From: a virus
Lineage: Duplodnaviria > Caudoviricetes
IMG/VR virus record: IMGVR_UViG_3300032303_002590
DNA: 64,000 nucleotides
Direction: 5' to 3' (one strand)
Shown here piece after piece: positions 56,238-64,000 of the stretch. The notes beneath the pieces are model-generated. The model made no database searches. It saw only the letters and a list, made by a program, of their open reading frames with translations, and was not told where the DNA came from. The stretch's first letter is position 1; each line of letters starts with the position of its first letter. The position numbers and the translations under genes were made by a program.

Positions 56238-57794
56238 ATGACAGTTCAAAACTTATACACACAATACCTAGATGGTAAGGTAACCAAACAAAAATTTCTT
56301 TACGAAGTACGTAGAGACCAAAACCTTACTATGATATCCCCAACTAACTCATTTGATGATGTTATTAAGATATTAAAAAACAAATCTATAATTTCAGAAA
56401 AGGCTTCTAAAGAGTCTAAACAATCAACTGGAAAACAAGAAGTAGATATTATATCTAAAACTATTGATATGGTTAATCCATATGAATATGCTAGAGGTAT
56501 GGATTATGAACTTAATATTATAGATGTACCTGTAACTTCTGGAGATTTACATACAGATAATGTACTTAGAGCTCAGAAAAAAGTATTAGCTAATCTTACT
56601 AAAAATCCTCAATATTATTTTGAAAAATTATATGGTAAAGATAAATTTGACGGTGATGAAACTGTTGAAATTAATAAAAAATCAACTGATGCTATTGGTA
56701 AAGGTAAAAATGCTAAGATAATTAGAGAAGTAACCGACGCTCAAGAAAAGTACAGAGTAAAACCATCTGCAAAACCAACACAATTTAAACAAGATATTGC
56801 AGCAGCTAAGAAAATGATTAATGCTGGGAAATCTGAAAAAGAAGTAGTAGCAAAATATGGTCAAGCCGCTTTTAATGCCGTAAATGCACAAAACTTAGGA
56901 GAAGGAAATTTAGGTCATAATGAAAAATCTAGTATTCATCAAGAAGGAGGTTCTTGGATAGTTACCTATAAAAAAGATGGTACAAAAGAAAAAGTATTTA
57001 AATCTGAAGCAGAAGCTAAAAAATTCCAAAATAGTTTAGATGAAGGATTAGAAGGAGATCATATTACAAAAGAAGATATAGCAAATGAACTTTCTAACAG
57101 AGGAGCTAGTGATTCTGAAATAAACCAATATCTTGATTCATTAGAAAGATCAAATGATAAATTTGAAACACTAGAAGACTATGTTGAAGACTTTTTAAAC
57201 TATGTTGCTGATAAAAGTTTAAATGAAAGCTACAATCCATTCCCAATGAATGAAGACCAAGAAGCAGTATTAAAAAGATATGCTGAATCAACTGGTATAG
57301 CTTTTGAAAACCTATTAAACATGGTTGCTGAAGCTAAAGCAAAAAAAAAAGCTAAAAAAGACTATGATGGTAATGGTAAAATAGAATCACCTGAAGAAGA
57401 ATATAAAGGCTCTCGTGATAAAGCTATAAAACAAGCTATTGGTGAAGATATAGATTTAGGTCACCAAGATAACGAACCACATATGGTTAAAGCTGATTTG
57501 TATCAAATAGCTAAACAAGCATCTGAATTATATAAAATAATTGATTCTGTAGATAATATGGGAGAAGTTGATTTTCCTAGCTGGTGGCAAGCAAAAATAA
57601 CTTTAGCTAAAAGTTACTTAGAAGGAGCAAAAGATTATTTAGAAAGTGCTTTAGCAACAGGTAATGAAGAAGGAGAATTAGCAGAAAACGAAACTCCAGA
57701 AGAAGCTAAAGCTAGAACTTTAGAATTACAAGCTGAAAAAGCTAAAATAGCAGCATCGCAGAAAAAAATATCTGATCTTAATCAAGGAAGATAA
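56238..57794 (+). CDS. probable internal head polyprotein
   Basis: Modules separated by ISE, IRE, LGE, LDE, LNE, IGE and LAE; DYDGNGKIE; WWQAKIT. Confidence 0.7.
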   Translation: MTVQNLYTQYLDGKVTKQKFLYEVRRDQNLTMISPTNSFDDVIKILKNKSIISEKASKESKQSTGKQEVDIISKTIDMVNPYEYARGMDYELNIIDVPVTSGDLHTDNVLRAQKKVLANLTKNPQYYFEKLYGKDKFDGDETVEINKKSTDAIGKGKNAKIIREVTDAQEKYRVKPSAKPTQFKQDIAAAKKMINAGKSEKEVVAKYGQAAFNAVNAQNLGEGNLGHNEKSSIHQEGGSWIVTYKKDGTKEKVFKSEAEAKKFQNSLDEGLEGDHITKEDIANELSNRGASDSEINQYLDSLERSNDKFETLEDYVEDFLNYVADKSLNESYNPFPMNEDQEAVLKRYAESTGIAFENLLNMVAEAKAKKKAKKDYDGNGKIESPEEEYKGSRDKAIKQAIGEDIDLGHQDNEPHMVKADLYQIAKQASELYKIIDSVDNMGEVDFPSWWQAKITLAKSYLEGAKDYLESALATGNEEGELAENETPEEAKARTLELQAEKAKIAASQKKISDLNQGR

Positions 57795-57796
57795 TC

Positions 57797-58414
57797 ATGA
57801 GTAAATCACTATTAATAGAATACGCTTTATTTACACCTAAATCTGCAGTACTAACTGAAGGTAAAGGTGATAGAAACTTAATGGTTGAAGGTGTTATTCA
57901 AAGAGCAGATGCTAAAAATCAAAATGGTAGAGTTTACCCAAAAACTATCTTAGCACGTGAAGTTGAAAGATATATTGATGGACCAGTTGCTGAAAATAGA
58001 GCATTAGGTGAATTAGATCATCCTGAATCAATGGTTATTAACCTAAAAAATGTATCTCATAACATTAAACAATTATGGTGGAATGGAGATGATTTAATGG
58101 GTAAAGTAGAAGTATTACCAACACCTTCAGGTAACATCTTAAAAGAATTATTCTTAAATAACATTACAGTAGGTATCTCTTCTCGTGGTATGGGTTCAGT
58201 TCAATCATTAGGAGAAGGTACAGTTGAAGTACAAGATGATTTTGAATTATTATGTTGGGATTTTGTTTCTACCCCATCAACACAAGGTGCTTTTATGACT
58301 CCAACAGGATTAAGCGAAGGATACAAACCACAACAAACAAGTAAATACTCAAAAATTAATACTCTAGTATCAGACATTATCTGCTCTCAATCAGGTGTAT
58401 GCTGTATTAGATAA
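57797..58414 (+). CDS. prohead core protease (gp21-like)
   Basis: NQNGRVYP; ALGELDHP; GISSRGMGS; DFVSTPS. Confidence 0.95.
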   Translation: MSKSLLIEYALFTPKSAVLTEGKGDRNLMVEGVIQRADAKNQNGRVYPKTILAREVERYIDGPVAENRALGELDHPESMVINLKNVSHNIKQLWWNGDDLMGKVEVLPTPSGNILKELFLNNITVGISSRGMGSVQSLGEGTVEVQDDFELLCWDFVSTPSTQGAFMTPTGLSEGYKPQQTSKYSKINTLVSDIICSQSGVCCIR

Positions 58415-58453
58415 CAATACTCTCCCGATTTTACAAGTCTATTGTAAAAGACT

Positions 58454-58484
58454 AATGCACTCCCTAAAAAGAGTGCATTTTTTA
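58454..58484 (+). terminator. intrinsic terminator
   Basis: AATGCACTC...GAGTGCATT-TTTT. Confidence 0.8.
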
Positions 58485-58517
58485 TCTCCCTGCATATATT
58501 TATGACCGTCTTATGAT

Positions 58518-58580
58518 AGATTATCTCAATATAATCTCCCTCAATATAAAAAAATTCTATATTACTTCTCAATAAGTAAT
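58518..58580 (+). promoter_or_regulatory. 5'UTR twin hairpins with identical CTCAAT loops
   Basis: AGATTAT-CTCAAT-ATAATCT and ATTACTT-CTCAAT-AAGTAAT, plus a third CTCAAT at 58540. Confidence 0.65.
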
Positions 58581-58602
58581 CAAAACAATCACAAAAAACA
58601 TT

Positions 58603-59619
58603 ATGGCAAACGAAAACACTAAAATCTTTAGTGAAGCAATCGCTGAAGCAAAGGCTATTAGAGAAACAGCTATGGTTAATGCAAAACTTGCTCTAGAAGA
58701 AGCTTTTACTCCTCGTATTCAAGAAATGATGAACAATAAGTTATCATCAATGGCTGAAGACGATGAATTGGAAGAAGATTCTCACACAAAAAATGGCGCA
58801 GCGCCAGAAGATCAAATGGATGAAATTTCATTGGAAGAACTTTTAGCTGAATTAGAAGGTCTTGAAGAAACTTCAGGATACGCTAATGACCCAGAAGACA
58901 AAGACACTTACATGAGTAATGATGGGTACGAAAAAGTATCATCTAAAAAAGGAGTAAACGATCCTTACATGGAAGAAAACGAAATTTTTGAAGAAGCTGA
59001 AGATGACGACACCGTAGCTGAAATTACAGTTGATGATTTAAAAGATATCATCAGAAATGTAGTAGCAGATCTAATGGGTGGTCCAGAAAGCGAAGAAAAT
59101 GACGAAGGTGAAGGCGAACCAGGTCACGAAGAAGGAGAAACTCCTGAAGAAGAAGCTGGTGAAGGTGAAAAAGAACTAAGTTTAGAAGAAATTTTAGCTG
59201 AACTTGAAGAAGATTCAGATATGGATGCTTCAGAAATGGCAGGTGAGCTTCAAAATGAAGAACTTGAAGAAGCTATGTCAACTATTGCTACTTTACGTTC
59301 TGAATTAAACGAAGTTAATCTTTTAAATTCTAAATTACTTTACGTTAACAAGTTGTTTAAATCTAAAAACTTAACAGAAGCTCAAAAAGTAAAAGTAATC
59401 AACGCTTTCGATAGAGCTGAAACAGTTAAAGAGTCTAAAAACATCTATGAAACGTTACAAGAATCATTAACAACAACATCTTCAACTTCTAACACTAAGT
59501 CTCAAATCAAAGAATCTCTTTCATTTGCTTCTAAAGCATCAGGAGTTGCTGACAGAAAACCAATCGTTGAAAACAACGATTTTGTAAAAAGAATGCAACA
59601 ACTTGCAGGAATTATTTAA
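58603..59619 (+). CDS. prohead scaffolding protein (gp22-like)
   Basis: Very acidic coiled coil between protease and capsid genes; many L/IxE sites. Confidence 0.85.
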   Translation: MANENTKIFSEAIAEAKAIRETAMVNAKLALEEAFTPRIQEMMNNKLSSMAEDDELEEDSHTKNGAAPEDQMDEISLEELLAELEGLEETSGYANDPEDKDTYMSNDGYEKVSSKKGVNDPYMEENEIFEEAEDDDTVAEITVDDLKDIIRNVVADLMGGPESEENDEGEGEPGHEEGETPEEEAGEGEKELSLEEILAELEEDSDMDASEMAGELQNEELEEAMSTIATLRSELNEVNLLNSKLLYVNKLFKSKNLTEAQKVKVINAFDRAETVKESKNIYETLQESLTTTSSTSNTKSQIKESLSFASKASGVADRKPIVENNDFVKRMQQLAGII

Positions 59620-59657
59620 AAAAATTAAAAACAACAAAAATCTAAAATTACATTATT

Positions 59658-61307
59658 ATGTCAAACATGATTAATTCATTATTAGAGACTGCTAACCCAT
59701 ACCAATCATTGCAGAAAGATACTGCTAGATTAGCTGGAAAATGGGCTAAATCAGGTCTTCTAGAAGGTATTTCTAATGAAACAGATAAGTCTAACATGGC
59801 TCTTATCTTAGAAAACCAAGCAAAACAATTAGTAGTAGAATCTTCTTCTACAGGAACAGGTGGTACTTTTACCGCTGGTACAGGTGAGCAATACGCTGCA
59901 GTAGCATTACCATTAGTACGTAAAGTATTTGGTCAAATCGCTGCTAAAGAATTTGTTTCTGTTCAACCAATGAGCTTACCAGCTGGATTAGTATTCTTCT
60001 TAGATTTCCAATATGGAACGAACAACCAACCATTTAGTGCTAACACTTCATTATATGGTTCTCAATCTGCTAACTTTGGTAACGAAGCTAAAGATGGTTT
60101 ATATGGTGCTGGTAGATTTGGATACTCAATCAATGAGTTTACAGGTGCTTTTACAGCAGGTACAGGTTCATTTGTAACTTCTTCTGCATTCTCTGATATT
60201 AACTACACTTCAGAATTATCAGCTTCATTCTTAGCAGGACAAATCCTTAAATTGACTGTAACTACTTCATCTTTATCTGGATTTGATACTAATGGTGTTA
60301 GATCATTTGTAGCAACTTCAGGATCAGCTTTAGCAGCTGCTAACTCTTTACCAGCGTTTACTAGACTTAATTCAAGTGCGGGTACAATTGATTTCTTCTT
60401 TACAGGGTCATCTGTAAGTTTACCAGTTACTACTACTACTAACGTAATTACTGTTTACTACAGTAAAGGTCCTAAAGATAACTCACGAGGTGATTTTGAA
60501 GATGCTTCAGGTGCTGGTTACCCTAACGCATTATCTCAAACTGCAATTTCTATCCCAGAGATTAACGTTCAAATGAGATCAGAAGCTATTGTTGCTAAAA
60601 CACGTAAGTTAAAAGCACAATGGACACCTGAGTTCTCTCAAGATTTAAATGCATTCCACTCACTTGATGCTGAAGCTGAATTAACTTCTATCTTATCAGA
60701 GTATATCTCATTAGAGATTGACTTAGAGATTTTAGATATGTTGATCCAAAACGTTCCAACAAACCAAGTTGAAGTATGGTCTGCAAGAGTAGGTAACTCA
60801 ATTACAGGTGGTACTGTTTCTAGTAACACATCAGGCGTTTACTACACTCAAATGTCTTGGTTCCAAACTTTAGGAATTAAATTGCAAAAAATCTCTAACA
60901 TCATCCACCAAAGAACCTTAAGAGGTGGTGCTAACTTCATTGTTATTTCTCCAACTGTAGCTACAATCTTGGAATCAATCCCAGGATTTGCTGCAGATAC
61001 AGATGGTGATTCAGCTAGAATGACTTATGCATTTGGTGTTCAGAAAATTGGTTCATTAAACTCTAGATATAAAGTTTACAAAAATCCTTATATGTTAGAG
61101 AATACTATCTTGTTAGGATTTAGAGGTAACCAATTCTTGGAATCAGGTGCAGTTTATGCTCCATACGTTCCGTTAATCATGACTCCATTAGTATACGATC
61201 CTAATACTTTCACACCAAGAAAAGGTATTATGACTCGTTACGCTAAGAAAATGGTACGTCCTGAATTCTATGGTAAAGTATTAGTTGCTGACTTAAACGT
61301 AGTTTAA
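59658..61307 (+). CDS. major capsid protein (gp23-like)
   Basis: LENQ; VQPM..P.GL.F; TRKLKAQWT.E..QDL.A.H; YAPYVPL; P..GIMTRY. Confidence 0.97.
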   Translation: MSNMINSLLETANPYQSLQKDTARLAGKWAKSGLLEGISNETDKSNMALILENQAKQLVVESSSTGTGGTFTAGTGEQYAAVALPLVRKVFGQIAAKEFVSVQPMSLPAGLVFFLDFQYGTNNQPFSANTSLYGSQSANFGNEAKDGLYGAGRFGYSINEFTGAFTAGTGSFVTSSAFSDINYTSELSASFLAGQILKLTVTTSSLSGFDTNGVRSFVATSGSALAAANSLPAFTRLNSSAGTIDFFFTGSSVSLPVTTTTNVITVYYSKGPKDNSRGDFEDASGAGYPNALSQTAISIPEINVQMRSEAIVAKTRKLKAQWTPEFSQDLNAFHSLDAEAELTSILSEYISLEIDLEILDMLIQNVPTNQVEVWSARVGNSITGGTVSSNTSGVYYTQMSWFQTLGIKLQKISNIIHQRTLRGGANFIVISPTVATILESIPGFAADTDGDSARMTYAFGVQKIGSLNSRYKVYKNPYMLENTILLGFRGNQFLESGAVYAPYVPLIMTPLVYDPNTFTPRKGIMTRYAKKMVRPEFYGKVLVADLNVV

Positions 61308-61330
61308 TCAACATTTAATTCTTTGATATT

Positions 61331-61361
61331 AAGAGACCTAGCGCAAGCTAGGTCTTTTTTT
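61331..61361 (+). terminator. intrinsic terminator after capsid gene
   Basis: GACCTAGC-GCAA-GCTAGGTC plus T7; GNRA loop. Confidence 0.92.
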
Positions 61362-61393
61362 ATCATATTTATACTAAACTAAACGTTACTAAC

Positions 61394-62080
61394 ATGGCTT
61401 CAAACCACCACACTGATGAGGTTTTCACACCAAAAAGAAAACCCAAAAATCCAATTAAGTTCCAACTCCAACTTAATGAAGAACAAAAATTAGCAAAAGC
61501 ACTTATCGTAGAAAATCCAGTTGTCGTTTTAAAAGGAATGGCAGGATCCGGAAAGACTTTAGTAGCAGTGCAAGCAGCATTAGATATGCTATTTTGTAAA
61601 GAAGTAGAAAAGATTATTATAACAAGACCTACTGTAGCTAAAGAAGAATTAGGATTTCTACCAGGCGATTTAAAAGAAAAGATGGATCCTTGGTTGGCAC
61701 CAATTTATCATAATCTTTATATGCTTTATGGTAAAGAAAAGGTAGATAAAGAATTAGAATATGGTAATATAGAAATTGTACCATTTGCATTTATGAGAGG
61801 TAGAACATTTGTTAATGCCTTTGTAATAGTAGATGAAGCACAAAACGTAACACACGATCAAATGGAAACTGTTTTAGGAAGACTAGGTAAAGGTTCTAAA
61901 ATGGTGATATGTGGAGATTTAGCTCAAATTGATTTAAAGGTAAAAAAAGAAACAGGGTTTTCATTTTTAACTAGAGTTGAAGAGCAAGTAAACGGATTTA
62001 GAGTATTTGCTCTAAAGGCTAACCATAGGCATCAAATAGTAGAACCTATACTAAAAGTATACCAAGACTTTAGAGATTAA
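61394..62080 (+). CDS. phoH: PhoH-family ATPase
   Basis: GMAGSGKT; LGFLPG; FMRGRTF; DEAQN; GD..Q.D. Confidence 0.95.
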   Translation: MASNHHTDEVFTPKRKPKNPIKFQLQLNEEQKLAKALIVENPVVVLKGMAGSGKTLVAVQAALDMLFCKEVEKIIITRPTVAKEELGFLPGDLKEKMDPWLAPIYHNLYMLYGKEKVDKELEYGNIEIVPFAFMRGRTFVNAFVIVDEAQNVTHDQMETVLGRLGKGSKMVICGDLAQIDLKVKKETGFSFLTRVEEQVNGFRVFALKANHRHQIVEPILKVYQDFRD

Positions 62081-62104
62081 AATATTTATATCAAATAATA
62101 CACT

Positions 62105-63271
62105 ATGGCAAATTCACAAGTCTGGGCAGGAACTGCAACTTTTATACCAGGAACATCAACTCCTTTTGGTTTTTATGATAACGATTATCAATTCCAACTC
62201 GATGCTGTAAAAGTAGCAAAATTCTGTGCACAAAGATTAGGATACCCTTCAATGGATGTTGAAATGGGTGATGTTGAATTCTTTACTTGTTTTGAAGAAG
62301 CCGTAACAACTTATGGTAATGAACTTTACCTATATCAAATTAGAAATAACTTCTTATCTTTAGAAGCTAATTCAAATCAAATTTCTCTTAATGATAAAGT
62401 TATAAAACCTTCATTAGGTAATTTAATTAGAATGGCTGCTGATTATGGTAGTGAAGCTGGAGTAGGTGGTCATACTGCTTATTATACTGGTTCATTAGAT
62501 ATGACACCAGGTCTTCAGGATTATGATTTAACTGCTTGGGCTTCTTCTTCAGGAGTTGTATCACCAGATGATTCAATTGAGATAAAAGCAGTTTATTATG
62601 AAAATGCTCCTGCTATTGTTCGTTATTTTGACCCTTATGCTGGTACAGGATATGGTTCACAGCAATTATTAGATGCATTTGGATTTGGTAATCAATCTCC
62701 TGCTATTAACTTTATGTTAATGCCATTAAATTATGATATTGCTACTATACAAGCAATTGAATTAAATGATCAAATTAGAAGATCAGCTTTTTCATTTAAT
62801 ATAGTAAACAACAAATTAAAAATATTCCCAGTTCCAACTGTAGCTAAAAGATTATTTTTTGAATATATAAAAACATCAGAAAGAGATAGTGTAATAGCTA
62901 CTACAGGACCAGGATCAGGAGATAATTTAATTACAGATATTTCAAATGTACCTTATAATAATCCTACCTATATGAATGTAAATGCTCCTGGTAGATATTG
63001 GATATTTGAATATACATTAGCATTAGCAACTGAAACTCTAGCATTTATTAGAGGTAAATATACTCAAGTGCCTATACCTGGTGCAGAAGTAACGTTAAAT
63101 CAGGCAGATTTATTATCTAAATCTAGAGAATTACAAGCCGCGTTAATTGAAAAATTACGTACTGATTTAGACGAGGCTTCACGTAGAAGTCAATTACAAA
63201 GAAAAGCAGACGAAAACGATGCAATGGCTAGAACCATGCAACAGGTTCCAATGAACATTTTTATAGGATAA
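62105..63271 (+). CDS. neck/head-tail adaptor (gp13-like)
   Basis: RLGYP..DVE...; WI.EY.LAL....L..IRGKY..V..PG..VTLN. Confidence 0.8.
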   Translation: MANSQVWAGTATFIPGTSTPFGFYDNDYQFQLDAVKVAKFCAQRLGYPSMDVEMGDVEFFTCFEEAVTTYGNELYLYQIRNNFLSLEANSNQISLNDKVIKPSLGNLIRMAADYGSEAGVGGHTAYYTGSLDMTPGLQDYDLTAWASSSGVVSPDDSIEIKAVYYENAPAIVRYFDPYAGTGYGSQQLLDAFGFGNQSPAINFMLMPLNYDIATIQAIELNDQIRRSAFSFNIVNNKLKIFPVPTVAKRLFFEYIKTSERDSVIATTGPGSGDNLITDISNVPYNNPTYMNVNAPGRYWIFEYTLALATETLAFIRGKYTQVPIPGAEVTLNQADLLSKSRELQAALIEKLRTDLDEASRRSQLQRKADENDAMARTMQQVPMNIFIG

Positions 63272-63272
63272 T

Positions 63273-63797
63273 ATGGCGTATTTTGGACGAAGTAGGGATA
63301 TAGATATGTTTTCAAACATCAACAATGAATTGTTAGGTCAAGTAATCGAACAAAAAGTTGGTTTTTACCAAGTTATTTTAAGTGAAACTGATCATAACAT
63401 TTATGGTGAAAGTTTACATAAAAAATATATTGGACCCGTATTATTAACTTGTTTATTAGAAAGAGGTGATACAGAACCTGTAACAGATGATTTTGGAATG
63501 GATTTTACAAGAAAATTAGTTGTAAGATTTTTTAGACCTCACTTAGTAGCAGCAAATGTTGAACCTTCAGTAGGTGATATTATTTTATGGAATGAAGATT
63601 ATTACGAAGTTAATAATGTAAATGAAAACCAATTAGTAGTTGGTAAAGATCCAGATTACGCTTATACAACTGATGATTACGTTCCTGATACAGGTACTAG
63701 TTTATCTGTTATATTAGAATGTTTCTATACTCATCCAGAAAAAGTTAATATTAGAGAAAATAGATTTCCAGGTGATCCTGGTTCAATGGTAGTATAA
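63273..63797 (+). CDS. head closure/neck protein (gp14-like)
   Basis: IYGE...; FG.D; P.VGDII......YEV; follows gp13. Confidence 0.7.
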   Translation: MAYFGRSRDIDMFSNINNELLGQVIEQKVGFYQVILSETDHNIYGESLHKKYIGPVLLTCLLERGDTEPVTDDFGMDFTRKLVVRFFRPHLVAANVEPSVGDIILWNEDYYEVNNVNENQLVVGKDPDYAYTTDDYVPDTGTSLSVILECFYTHPEKVNIRENRFPGDPGSMVV

Positions 63798-63803
63798 TAA
63801 ATT

Positions 63804-64000
63804 ATGGAAATTAAACCACGTCCTTTAAATACTAGAGAGTTTTTAACTACTCTTTCAGAGCCCTACCAAGAGCCTGAAAGAGATATACAACCTTATTCTA
63901 ACCCTAACTCTAAGGCTTCATTAGATGCCCAACCTGGTCAACCTGAATTTAATAGAGCTTTACAAATCTCTTTAAAAGACGATAATCAATCTACTATTAA
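63804..64000 (+). CDS. partial late gene, truncated by the window end
   Basis: Open from ATG 63804 to the end; position would suit a tail-completion protein. Confidence 0.6.
   Translation, partial: MEIKPRPLNTREFLTTLSEPYQEPERDIQPYSNPNSKASLDAQPGQPEFNRALQISLKDDNQSTI

Larger units (their letters stand above)
16921..62090 (+). promoter_or_regulatory. dispersed late-promoter motif ATATTTAT(A), 16 intergenic copies
   Basis: At 16921, 20065, 22863, 29810, 37925, 41262, 47890, 48825, 49805, 50868, 52500, 54460, 56226, 58496, 61365 and 62082; each lies just before a late gene or operon. Confidence 0.85.

Noticed and set aside
1027-60829. Minus-strand ORFs in the track (e.g. 2406, 36722, 40415, 45505, 53547, 60638)
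   Set aside because: They are short shadows of well-supported + strand genes, with no promoter or protein motif.
1-64000. Stop-codon reassignment
   Set aside because: Core genes are full-length in the standard code, and TAG and TGA end genes at natural boundaries (e.g. 34837, 36010, 46468, 13125).

Overview
A 64-kb, very AT-rich segment of a large T4-like (contractile-tail) dsDNA phage. All credible genes are on the + strand and read in the standard code. The host is very probably Bacteroidota, based on TTGG-N19-TATATT promoters, no Shine-Dalgarno sites, a Q-rule signal peptide and SprB-type repeats. Layout: (1) 1-14.7 kb is an array of about 45 small early genes in about 25 promoter cassettes (TTCGTATATT). 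It also holds a non-coding structured zone at 9.8-12.7 kb with a skew-switch palindrome, a tRNA-like element and a GC-rich GATC cluster. (2) 14.7-17 kb encodes a glutaredoxin, an HD hydrolase and a gp55-like sigma factor. (3) 17-35 kb is the baseplate/fibre module. (4) 35-50 kb encodes a DenA-like nuclease, primase, exonuclease, FAD oxidoreductase, a homing endonuclease and many late genes whose products share N-terminal leaders ending in (I/L)xE. (5) 50-64 kb encodes terminase, portal, core proteins, prohead protease, scaffold, major capsid, PhoH and neck proteins. The best candidate for an undescribed system is a modular head-cargo system, in which portable capsid-targeting leaders are fused to unrelated enzymes, some as protease-cleavable polyproteins. 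Other strong leads are a virion-wide [S/T]-[G/A/S]-S motif (possible modification sequon), an ArfA-like peptide gene with an in-gene terminator, and the promoter/terminator cassette array. All family calls come from motif recognition by eye; no database searches were run.
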